Shown: positions 1-10,643, counted from the stretch's first letter. The stretch: 20,000 nt of DNA from Welwitschia mirabilis (GCA_051453625.1 JBOZIK010000001.1:20771223-20791222), one strand, 5' to 3'. Numbers and translations are program-made. The notes: generated by a model from the letters alone, not told the origin.

Positions 1-370
1 CTTGAATAAGAATTTTTACAGATTTGATTCTATAAAACATGCTTCATTAGGTGATCTAGTTATTTCAAGCATGAAGGAGGTATGTTAATCTTATTAGAAA
101 GTTCTTGATTTTGGGAATGAAACTCATTTAATTAGTACTTAGTAGCATCTATTTGAGAATTTGCTATTTTCTCCATGATTGTCTAATTGATTCTATGNNN
201 NNNNNNNTGTTTTTCTTTTGCCATTTCTTCCCTTAATGAATCTATTAGCATTAAATGAGTTTTTTTTAAGAAGCTTGTTCTATAATTGTTATGATAGTTG
301 ATTAAGATTTGACAACTATTAAGGTTGGTAACTTGCATAACTTTCATAACTATTACAAATACTATAAAGA

Positions 371-526
371 TAGGTAATTATGATGTCAGACTTAGGGAAA
401 GGCAAGTGTGATTTTAGGCCTAGAAGACAGGCAAGTATGACATAAGATCTTGAAGTTGACAACTATGACGTTGGGCTTAGGAATAGAAAACTGTAATGTT
501 AAGCCTAGGAGATAGGCAAGTATGAT
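371..526 (+). repeat. Degenerate tandem repeat, ~28-29 bp unit (approx. AGGCAAGTATGAYGTYRGRCYTAGGAGAT), ~5.5 copies, runs into a gap
   Basis: Units read directly: aggtaattatgatgtcagacttagggaa / aggcaagtgtgattttaggcctagaagac / aggcaagtatgacataagatcttgaagtt / gacaactatgacgttgggcttaggaata / gaaaactgtaatgttaagcctaggagat / aggcaagtatgat. Confidence 0.8.
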
Positions 527-727
527 NNNNNNNNNNNNNNNNNNNNNNNNNNNNNNNNNNNNNNNNNNNNNNNNNNNNNNNNNNNNNNNNNNNNNNNNNN
601 NNNNNNNNNNNNNNNNNNNNNNNNNNNNNNNNNNNNNNNNNNNNNNNNNNNNNNNNNNNNNNNNNNNNNNNNNNNNNNNNNNNNNNNNNNNNNNNNNNNN
701 NNNNNNNNNNNNNNNNNNNNNNNNNNN
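527..727. other. Assembly gap within the tandem array
   Basis: N run. A short N run also occurs at 199-207. Confidence 1.
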
Positions 728-740
728 ACCTTGAAGATGA

Positions 741-1412
741 AATTTACAATGATAGGGCTTCCAAATATGACATTGGACTTTGTGACCAAGTGCAATATCA
801 GCCTTTGAACTACAACATTGGCCTTCAATGTGACATTAAATTTCTATGGCCAAGTGCAATGTTAGCCTGTAACTGTGATGTCATACTTCTATAGTTAGAT
901 GTAATATATGCCTCTAAGTGTGATGTCAACCTCCAATTATAATGTCATACTTTTTGTCTAACTATGACATTCACCTCTAAGTATAACATCAAACTTCTAT
1001 GACTAGGTGTAACATTAGCCTCAAAGTACAATGTCACTCTCTGAGTGTGATGTTGGAGTCCTATGGTCAAATGTAATATTAAACTTTAACTATGATGTCA
1101 GATTTCTATGACTTAGTGTAATGTTGGCCTCTAAGTATGATGTGGGACATTTATGTCTAAGTTTGATGTCAAACTCTAACTATAATGTTATACTTATATG
1201 GCCACGTATGATGTTGACCTTCGAGGATCACATCAACCTCTAAGGATGAAGTCAAACTTCTATGTCCAAGTGCAATATTAGTCTCTAAGTATGATGTTAG
1301 ACTTTTGTGACCAAATGCGATGTTAAACTTCAAGTATGACATTAGACTTTTGTGGTCAAGTATAACATCAGACTCTAATTATGATGTTGGATATGGAACC
1401 TTCAACTATGAC
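741..1412 (+). repeat. Degenerate minisatellite of mostly alternating 19-bp and 26-bp units (~45-bp higher-order repeat), roughly 28 units
   Basis: Examples: aagtataacatcaaacttctatgact (26) / aggtgtaacattagcctca (19); aactatgatgtcagatttctatgact (26) / tagtgtaatgttggcctct (19); aagtatgatgttagacttttgtgacc (26) / aaatgcgatgttaaacttc (19). Shared core AASTRYRAYRTYR. Confidence 0.9.
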
Positions 1413-4351
1413 TTTATACTTGTGAATCAACTATTATATTAGGTCAGTACCAAGTTTAATATGGGGTGTGGAACCCTTATCTACGTTTAACTAAACTTAT
1501 AGTAAGGTTGGAATAGGATCTTTACTTAGTTAACTTAACCATAGTTGTTTCTTTACTAAAGTTAAAAAACCATTTTAACCCTAAATCTTTTATTATTAAT
1601 AGGGTTGGCCTTTTTATTTTTCAATTAATTTAACATATTGATGATCTAACCCCCATCTTTTATGTTCATTGCTATTTTATTTCTTTTCTTTTTCTCCTTT
1701 TTTAAATCCTTTTTATATTATTATCATGGGCCTTTTCTTGATGGATTCTTTTCTTTATAGGCAAGATTAGAATGTATCTTTCTAAAAGCTTCTTAGGCTA
1801 ACCACTTTTTCTTCTTTAACCTTTCTTGTTTGCTATTTAAGATATGGTCCAATGACATTTTCCTTATAATTCTTAGAATTTCACCAATTTTCATTTTCTT
1901 GAATTGGAGATTCAAGAGAGGGCTTCATGTTTGTGGTTTTCTTAGGTGTTTGCCTCAAATCTAACTAATCTTTGTTTTTATTTCTTTTATCTTTAGCATC
2001 CTACTATCTTATATATTTTAGATCTTTTGTATTCCTCCTTAGATCCTCAAAATAATACCATCTTACTTCTTTTTTTTTTCTTTTTTTTTTAATTAGAGTA
2101 TTCATTTAGCCTCTAGATTGATGAGGGAATAGCATTCCCTTTAAGGTGACTCATTTAAATTCTAACTTTAGAGATTTCTTAGCCAATAATTAGATGAATT
2201 TGTTTTTTTAAGAGAAGTAGATATCCAAAGGCATGATGTAGACACTGCCAATTTTGTAACTCCTTATTATATCACTTATGACTAATTGATTGCATTTCAT
2301 ACCTTCTTACATGATTGCACTAGCGAAATCCCTCATTACATCATCTACTTAACTTCTTTTATTATTAGAAATATTTCTTTTAATCGAGCCACTACTATTT
2401 ACTTTTAATGCTAACCCAACTCCTTTGTCTTAAAAGGTGTAGAGATAGAAGGAAGTGTTTCTTTGGTTACATGCTCTTAGAACTGTACTTTATAAGTACT
2501 ACACCAAGAAGTCTAGAACTATTTTTTCCTTCTTTAGTTAATCCTTCATTTTTTTTGACCCTAGATAATGTACCCTACTAATTCTTAATTCACTCATGCT
2601 CTTATACTGTAATGGAAGGAGAAGATTTAGGTTTGCATGATCTTGGGAATTCTTATGAGTTTACTTTCATTATTTTTATTTTATCTGAGGTAGGGATTTT
2701 AGATACTATTTTTTTATGATCATCTAATATCAATTATAGATTTTTTTTATTTATCTAGATAAATAAAGTAACTACTTCTAGTTCATGGGACTCTTCATGT
2801 TGTCACAAGGACAAAGAGGTAATCCAGCCAATCCTTGTGTGGTAACTAAGGAATATTCACTCCTTAGATTTTGCCACCTTACTTAGACTAGTGAGATGAG
2901 CTTTATTCATTATTTTTTATGCTATTTCTTTTATTTACTTATTTTCTTCTAATAGGAAGTAGTTGCTTTAATTTGCAAAAGTTCAAAAACTTTACCTATC
3001 GTGAATGAGGAGGAGGTAGAATTTACTCTCTTGCATGCTTTAAAGAATCTAAAATAACTAAGAGAGCAAGTAATTATAGTGAGTGATTCCATAATCTTAT
3101 TTTCCTTTAGCTTCTTAAGATTACTTTCTTACTTATGCCTAGAACCTAATAGTGATCTTTTGAATTTTTATGATCTATCATCCTAGGGAACATGTCTTAT
3201 TCCACTTTCCATTTTCCTTCTTTGATACTATAAGATCTACTAATTATGAGATAGGCTCTACAGTCCTTTTCTTACCCTCCTCTTATACCTTGAAGTATAT
3301 TTAGTAAGGTAGGATACTCCATTCATTAGGCTAATTATATACTCTTGATGCTTGAGTTCCTCTCCCCATGGGTTAAGGAGTTAATAGATGAAACTAAATA
3401 GTTTTAAGTTCTTTAAGACTAACTGAAAAGTTTTAAGTTCTTCGAGACTTACTTCATACTGAAGTGACTCATCCTTCACATCTAGATGATGTTTACTCTT
3501 TTGTCATTCTCATGCTAATAGTTCATGATTATGAACAAAGACGAAGGGGCTATTTCATACTTCATTGTACAACTTAACGAGAGTGGTTGTAGTAGGTGAA
3601 GGATTTTCACAATATTATGGATATGTTAAAGTCCTTCTATTACACGGCCCATCATGGAGTCAAGCAGTAGGAGAGAGCTAATTATACCAATTGTATACTT
3701 TAAGTAATATAGCTTTTTATTTTCTATTTTTTTAAATATATGTTTAAATATATATTTTTACATCTGGATTAATTCTCTTTCCTCTTATAAAAGGAAGTAT
3801 AAAATATGTTATTTTTTGATAATAAATCAAGGATGGATGCCTCCTAATTAGCTATAGTAGAGGTTTAGAATATCCAAATTTTAGCATAATTAACAAAGAG
3901 TAAGCAAATGATTTAGATTTGTGCAACTTAACTAGCTATTACTATAGATGATATTATAGTAATATACCATGTGGAAAGTTGTCTTGGAAGAACTTGTTGA
4001 GTACCTTAGTGGCTTATAGTAAGCTTTACATGAAGTTGTACCAAATGACTTATCTAATTTCTTCTAAATCTATAAAGGATTTCTCATCTTTGGATTTAGT
4101 GGATTAGGCTACTTTTATTATTCCTCAGCTCTCTTTAGTGGATGCTAATTTGACTAGTGTAGAATAGGTTATCGATCCCATGAAAGGCCAAGAGCCTAAT
4201 CTATGTTAGTTTGATGATTTACATCCTTCTAGAAGGCTTGACTTTTTTTTTTCCTATTGCTATTTAGATATTGGTTTTTAGATCCTTATAGCTCATGATC
4301 TTCCTAATTTGGTTGTACTAGATTTTAATAATAATAATAGATAATTGGGTA

Positions 4352-4426
4352 CTTCTCTCCCTCTTCCTCTCCCTCTTCCTCTCCCTCTCTCTCCCTTTCT
4401 CCGTCTCCCTACTTCCCTCCCTTTCT
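4352..4426 (+). repeat. Pyrimidine-rich (CT) simple-sequence tract flanking a 1-kb gap
   Basis: cttctctccctcttcctctccctcttcctctccctctctctccctttctcc..., almost only C and T. Confidence 0.9.
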
Positions 4427-5426
4427 NNNNNNNNNNNNNNNNNNNNNNNNNNNNNNNNNNNNNNNNNNNNNNNNNNNNNNNNNNNNNNNNNNNNNNNNNN
4501 NNNNNNNNNNNNNNNNNNNNNNNNNNNNNNNNNNNNNNNNNNNNNNNNNNNNNNNNNNNNNNNNNNNNNNNNNNNNNNNNNNNNNNNNNNNNNNNNNNNN
4601 NNNNNNNNNNNNNNNNNNNNNNNNNNNNNNNNNNNNNNNNNNNNNNNNNNNNNNNNNNNNNNNNNNNNNNNNNNNNNNNNNNNNNNNNNNNNNNNNNNNN
4701 NNNNNNNNNNNNNNNNNNNNNNNNNNNNNNNNNNNNNNNNNNNNNNNNNNNNNNNNNNNNNNNNNNNNNNNNNNNNNNNNNNNNNNNNNNNNNNNNNNNN
4801 NNNNNNNNNNNNNNNNNNNNNNNNNNNNNNNNNNNNNNNNNNNNNNNNNNNNNNNNNNNNNNNNNNNNNNNNNNNNNNNNNNNNNNNNNNNNNNNNNNNN
4901 NNNNNNNNNNNNNNNNNNNNNNNNNNNNNNNNNNNNNNNNNNNNNNNNNNNNNNNNNNNNNNNNNNNNNNNNNNNNNNNNNNNNNNNNNNNNNNNNNNNN
5001 NNNNNNNNNNNNNNNNNNNNNNNNNNNNNNNNNNNNNNNNNNNNNNNNNNNNNNNNNNNNNNNNNNNNNNNNNNNNNNNNNNNNNNNNNNNNNNNNNNNN
5101 NNNNNNNNNNNNNNNNNNNNNNNNNNNNNNNNNNNNNNNNNNNNNNNNNNNNNNNNNNNNNNNNNNNNNNNNNNNNNNNNNNNNNNNNNNNNNNNNNNNN
5201 NNNNNNNNNNNNNNNNNNNNNNNNNNNNNNNNNNNNNNNNNNNNNNNNNNNNNNNNNNNNNNNNNNNNNNNNNNNNNNNNNNNNNNNNNNNNNNNNNNNN
5301 NNNNNNNNNNNNNNNNNNNNNNNNNNNNNNNNNNNNNNNNNNNNNNNNNNNNNNNNNNNNNNNNNNNNNNNNNNNNNNNNNNNNNNNNNNNNNNNNNNNN
5401 NNNNNNNNNNNNNNNNNNNNNNNNNN
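4427..5426. other. Assembly gap (1000 N)
   Basis: N run; the round size suggests an estimate. Confidence 1.
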
Positions 5427-5987
5427 TCTTCATTAACTATGATATTAATTATAATGTTCCAAATTACTGAATTAGGATTGAAGTTTAAATTTAATGAGGA
5501 ACATTAGAAATTAAAAAATAAATACTTTGATAACATATCACTTAGGTAGAAATGAATTATCTCTTTATTAAAATAGTAAGAATTTATCTTCCACACCTTA
5601 TTCTACAATTGGACTAATGGTCAAAGGTAAATATATGGACTATGACCTTAGCCCCTCTCTTGGGGCCCTTGGAAATTAGCCAAGGTTGTCATCAGCTACA
5701 TCCATCCAAACTCTTTTCCATTCTTTCCCTTTCCCTCCCTCAAATCCTTCCACCTCTTTTCCTTAGTAACTTAATGCCATTGTCTTAAAAACTAAGATAA
5801 AGAAACACAATGTTACAATTAAAGGGTTGCATTCTTTTATTACTTAGTACTTATATTGAAGTAGATATTAATCACACTTAACAAATAATCACTTAATCAT
5901 TTAAACATTATAATCATCCTAGTAATGGCCTACATTCATATCACCCTATAGAACTAGTAGTCAGCATCGGCATATATGGCGTTTACA
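5427..5987 (-). mobile_element. LTR-like segment, probably Ty3/gypsy, with a terminus at 5987
   Basis: The plus strand ends ...ggcgtttaca, so the minus strand starts TGTAAACGCC, resembling TGTAAC(A/G)CC LTR termini of plant gypsy elements. The segment is non-coding, and copia RNase H homology starts abruptly at the next base. The other end is lost in the gap. Confidence 0.5.
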
Positions 5988-6312
5988 AAACCTAAGTATA
6001 TGGCTACTAATAGCTGTGTTACTTAGGTTCTTTGAATTCATTATATTCTAAAAGATTTAGATATTCATGGGTCTATAACACCCATATTTTATAATTAAAT
6101 CCAATGTCATTAATATCTCTAAAAATCCTATCCTTTATTCTTATGCTATACATATTGATATCTAACATTATTTTATTAGATACTATGTATAAAGTAAGAA
6201 CATTCATCTAGAGTATTTTCCCATTATATAATAACCTGTTGATATTCTAACTAAACCTCTCTTTCAAGATAGATTTATCTCTTTATGCAAATATCTCAAT
6301 CTTGGGATTTTT
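5988..6312 (+). pseudogene. Ty1/copia (SIRE/Maximus-like) pol C-terminus, RNase H relic
   Basis: Manual translation: KPKYMATNSCVT*VL*IHYILKDLDIHGSITPIFYN..INISKNPILYSYAIHIDI*HYFIRYYV*SKNIHLEYFPII**PVDILTKPLFQDRFISLCKYLNLGIF. This parallels the copia consensus EAEYxAAxSCCAQxLWxxxxLxD..PIxCDN..AINISKNPVxHSRTKHIDIRHHFIRD..QLADIFTKPL..RF..L..LG. Many stops. Confidence 0.9.
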
Positions 6313-6702
6313 CTTAAATCCTTACTTTTTCTTTCCAATTTTCATGTACTTTATGCTAGGGTGATAATAAGTCACACCATTATACTATACTTACAAAATA
6401 TTAAAATCCTAGTGGAAACCTAGATGGATGTTCTTACCTTAAAAATCAAGATCTACTATTCAAAAAGGAGAGGAAAAATAAAGTCACCCTTTGAAAATTT
6501 ATTCTTACTTATTTCTTACTTTCTTTGTTGTTCTACATTTTTTTGTATAGAACTAGAGCTCAAGCTAGGATTCTTGAGTCTGTTAAGGAGCTTTCATACC
6601 TCCTTGCATGATTTTTTGTGCTTTTGAATGTGCTTTATTTGCATTCTTATCAGATCTCTTTATTAGATTTACATTTTATAGTTTTCTTTTTATTTTGCAT
6701 GC

Positions 6703-6802
6703 NNNNNNNNNNNNNNNNNNNNNNNNNNNNNNNNNNNNNNNNNNNNNNNNNNNNNNNNNNNNNNNNNNNNNNNNNNNNNNNNNNNNNNNNNNNNNNNNNN
6801 NN
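6703..6802. other. Assembly gap (100 N, probably a placeholder of unknown size)
   Basis: N run; sequence type changes across it. Confidence 1.
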
Positions 6803-8000
6803 TCTTCTCGCTCCATTACATAAACTTCTTTTTTGAGAGGACAGTTACTAGATCTGTGGCCTAGTTGATTGTACTTAAAGCACTTCGCTGAGATCAGTCT
6901 AGCATAGGGATCAAGGGATTTTGGCATTTCTTTTACATCTGCTACCTTCTGTTTACCAGCAGATCTATCCTCCTTATTCCTACTTTCCTAGAGTACCTTG
7001 CCTTTATCATTAGAAGTTGTAGTCTTATAAGTATCACAACCATAATTCCTATGAGGATATTCTGCCTTACTTCTTTATTGCATCAATTGTTTAGCCCTTA
7101 AAGCTAAGTGATGAGCTTCAGATAAAATTCTCATCAACTGCACTTAAATTCTATCTTTAATGGCTAGTTTTAAACCCTTCAAAAATCTGGCTACCTATTG
7201 CCCTTCGTTCTCTTTCAAGTCATTCCTTATTACTAGCATTGTGAACTCTGCATAGTATTCATGTACAGTTCTCTGACCATGTTGAAATCTCTAATACTAA
7301 TGAAATAGGACCTATTCATAATCAAGAGGAAGATATTCATTGATCAATAACTGCCTCATTCTTCTCCACGTTCTAATAGGTGCTTTGCCTTCACGTGTTA
7401 TTTTAAACTGCACCCTCTCCCACTAAGCAGAAGTGCATTTCTTTAGCCTGCATGCAACCAACTTAATCCTTATCTCTCCTGGGACCTTCATATACTTAAA
7501 CAAATGGTCTATGTCTGCGATCTAATCAAGGAAACCTTCAATATTCAGATTAGCATGAAAGTAAAGAATATCTACCTTTAATTTGTATTCTATTTTTCTT
7601 ACACCCTGATCATTTCTTTTGTAGCATGCATTCCTTCCATGAGGTTTTTTCAAATACTCATCATCGTCCTCCTTTAAGTTATCTACCATTTCAACCCATC
7701 TTTGACATCTATGAACTTAAGGAGCATGTCTGATGATAGGCTGCTTGTGGCCTACACCACCACCAGGCACTCTTCTGCTATCATTCTAGTTCCTGTTGGG
7801 ATCATCAAGTCATGCCTCCAGTTGATCAAGAATCTCTTCTAAGTAATCAAAACGTTCATCATGATGTTAAGGCTTATCAATCTGTTTAACCCAAAGTACT
7901 AACACGTCGATCTCCACCCTAAAATTTAAGGTCTTAGCCCTTCGATTATCATTAAAACGACCACCGCTAACTCTTCCTTGACTACTTAACGTTAAGCCGT
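6803..8000 (-). pseudogene. gag: Retrotransposon Gag pseudogene with degenerate CCHC zinc knuckle
   Basis: From 7587 downward: YKLKVDILYFHANLNIEGFLD*IADIDHLFKYMKVPGEIRIKLVACRLKKCTSA*WERVQFKITREGKAPIRTWRRMRQLLINEYLPLDYE*VLFH*Y*RFQHGQRTVHEYYAEFT. In the same frame the ORF track gives DPYARLISAKCFKYNQLGHRSSNCP (CX2[C>Y]X4HX4C). Stops fall at W/Q codons. The presumed start near 8000 is out of frame, so there is a frameshift upstream. Confidence 0.9.
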
Positions 8001-8011
8001 CAAGAAAACCT

Positions 8012-8023
8012 ACTCTGATACTA
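8012..8023 (-). promoter_or_regulatory. Primer-binding site, tRNA-iMet type (degenerate)
   Basis: Minus strand TAGTATCAGAGT versus canonical TGGTATCAGAGC (10/12), located between the LTR and gag. Confidence 0.85.
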
Positions 8024-8026
8024 AAC

Positions 8027-8258
8027 TAACAGAGCAAGAAAGCATTTAATAGTCACTTTAAGGGTAATTAGCCTCCAAATACAAGAATCTAAGTCTTTGT
8101 ATTTTTCTTTTTTAAAACAATACATAAGCCACTTATTTATAAAACATAAGTCCTTTCAATAGAAATCCCTAAATAATGTAGGACTAAAGAAAAAGTAGGA
8201 AAATAATAATATATGCTAAATAGTAAAATATAAAAATAAAACTATGGAGGTCACATCA
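8027..8258 (-). repeat. 5' LTR (~230 bp) of the CRM-like element
   Basis: Minus strand begins TGATGTGACC at 8258 and ends ...CTGTTA (TCA>TTA) 3 nt before the PBS. It contains TATAAATA on the minus strand at ~8134-8141. Confidence 0.65.
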
Positions 8259-8386
8259 GTTCACCCTTCTTAACTGGGCTTGGCCCCATTCATAAAGTCA
8301 CTGATAGTACATTCTATATCACATTGGCTTTTGGAATCATTTGAAGTGTGAGAATCATCAAGCACCATCTTCTTGAACTTTGAAGG

Positions 8387-8428
8387 AAAAAAAGAAAACA
8401 AAAAAAAAAAAAAAGAAAAAAAGAAGAA
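8387..8428 (+). repeat. A-rich tract
   Basis: aaaaaaagaaaacaaaaaaaaaaaaaagaaaaaaagaagaa. Confidence 0.85.
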
Positions 8429-10565
8429 CTCGCAAGATCTCCATTTTTATTATCAAAGATTTCTACAAAGTGAAAATCTCACCTCGTAAGTGCCAATAAA
8501 GATCCTCCATTAAATCATGCTAGTCCACTTCATATTTTTTAATCAAGGTGTAATATGTTATAACCTTGGCATTTACAAAGTTTCTTTTACACACTTTGGT
8601 AAGAGATTAGTTATTATCATTGTTGTAAATAAACTTTTATGCTACGAGTAATTATCTACAACTACACCTTCAGTGTGTAACACTATTATTTATTTAACTA
8701 ATTGGGCTTTATGCAAGATGCAAAGTTCCTTTCTAATACTCCATGGACTCACTTCCCTGCAATATTCTTTTTTGGTTAATATGCCTTGGCAAAAATAGGT
8801 GTCATAAGCTTGTAAAGCCTACATTATATCATAAAAATCAATTACAACTAGGAGATTACCATTTTTTTCCCTACTCATTTGAGCTTAGAACGCCATACAT
8901 TAATGATGTGATAGTAGAATTCTATTTAATCTATAATAAGAAAATAGTTAAGAAAACAGTCAAATATGATTTCAAACATCTTTCATAGCCATAAGATCTC
9001 TTTCACTCATCACATATTGCAAGTTTATCCACTTAAATTATTTATTATTCTCTTTATTACTTTGCATTTCTTATACTTAGCTATTGGTAATCCACTTTCA
9101 ATCCTTTAACTAATCTTAACTTATCTCTTATTTGGTTAATATCTTACCTTTAGATGGTTAACTTACTTTTTTCTTAGTACTTATAAATCTTTTGTAATGC
9201 TTATTGAGTAAACCACCTAACTCTAAATAAACCCTTCATCTCTAACCTTTGTTGAAAATTATGATCCACTCATCTAACATTTAGTTAACTGACTTCTTCC
9301 CAATTTTTCTTGATGTTAGTAGATGATTGATCATTGTTCTTCACTAAGTGATCTTACTTACTAAAATTCATTTTTTCTTTAAGGTGATGAACCATCTATA
9401 TCTAGGGATTAACCATCCACTATTTTAATACCTAACATATATAAATACATAATCCTCATTTTTCATGTTTCAAACTTGTCTCTAACACACCTTCATTATT
9501 CATTTTTTATTTCCAATGATATTTTAAGTGATTTACAACTTCTTTCAACTATCACACTTTGTTCCTCTTACTCTTTACATAATACCTTAAATCTACTACA
9601 AGATTCAAGAGGTATGGTCTAACTTTTTTTAATTTTTCAAAATCTCTTATTTCTTAATTTTTCATGATTTTTATTTAGTTGTTTCTTATATCTAAGCTAT
9701 ATTCTACTTGTATTACCTTTTCTTTTTTAGATCTAGCATTAATCTAATCTATTTGTTCATTATGATAAATTTTTCTTATGATCTATAGTTAGAAAATAGG
9801 TTTTCATTCTTCTTAATTTCAAATGTAAATTTACATGTCTTTCTTGCTTATCTCATGTTTTTCTCAAATTCACATCATTTTTCATCAAATTTAGTCTAGG
9901 TTGATCTAAAGTTTTATTTGATTTTAGTATTATAAAAACTAATCTACCTTTAACTATTTGTTAAAATGCCTAATGTGCTAAAGCGTTTTATCTTTTAGAA
10001 ATTTTTTCCCCTAATTTACATGCTATTGTTTGTTCATTGCATAATTATTGTTCTAACATTTGTATCTTTGATTAGATATTTATAATTACATATATTATGA
10101 TGTGTTATTATGATTAGGTAATTAATTTGTCTTTTGATTATAGAAATGGCATCCAAAGTTAAAGAAGAACATCCTTATCCACTAAAAGCAAATAGATTAA
10201 ATCATCCACTTCTAGAGCATGGCAAGTGGATCTTTTAACCAGGATGGATAAAGACATCATAATTAAGTTTAAGAATTACTTAAAAAATAATATAGCCCTC
10301 TTAGAACATGCCAGAGATGTGAACTCCTTTAAGAGTCTTACCAATCTAGTTCTTTAAATTTTTTTACTATTAACAATGGAAATCTCCTCTTAAGCCCCAT
10401 CTAAAGGTAATTGTAAAGGTGATTAGTATATTTTAGGCCAACACAGATGTTTTTGCTCCTTTGTAAGCATGTGTTTTAAACAAAAATTTTAGAATTAAAT
10501 TCGAATATCATATTACATGTAATAGTAGAGGTTCTGAAAATTCTAAGGATTAGTGCACATAATCC

Positions 10566-10643
10566 TTTATTATAAAATCATTGATATACTTTATTTATTA
10601 TAAAATCATTGATATACTTTATTTATTATAAAATCATTGATAT
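10566..10643 (+). repeat. Perfect tandem repeat, 28 bp x 2.8
   Basis: tttattataaaatcattgatatacttta at 10566-10593 and 10594-10621, plus 22 bp of a third copy, with no mismatches. Confidence 0.97.

Larger units (their letters stand above)
6803..8258 (-). mobile_element. CRM-like (centromeric chromovirus-type) Ty3/gypsy element, 5' part; remainder cut off at the 6703-6802 gap
   Basis: Correct order on the minus strand: TGATG-starting LTR, tRNA-iMet PBS, gag, zinc knuckle. Confidence 0.85.

Noticed and set aside
505..828. ORFs 505-828 and 522-734
   Set aside because: Artefacts of the N run and the tandem array.
741..1412. CRISPR-like repeat/spacer array
   Set aside because: The variable parts are only 6-13 bp and are themselves repeated; there are no cas genes and the context is eukaryotic TE DNA.
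3676..3700. Minus-strand ..ATACA at TGGTATAATT as an LTR end plus PBS
   Set aside because: Only TGGTAT matches a Met PBS, and no gag follows that I can recognise.
4318..5436. 371-aa and 363-aa ORFs
   Set aside because: Almost entirely N; the readable part is a translated CT microsatellite.
6424..6836. Short plus-strand ORFs (67-72 aa)
   Set aside because: Low-complexity F/L-rich translations of T-rich DNA or gap-spanning; no motif.
8259..8428. SINE or retrocopy ending in the A-rich tract
   Set aside because: No Pol III A/B boxes or flanking TSD found.
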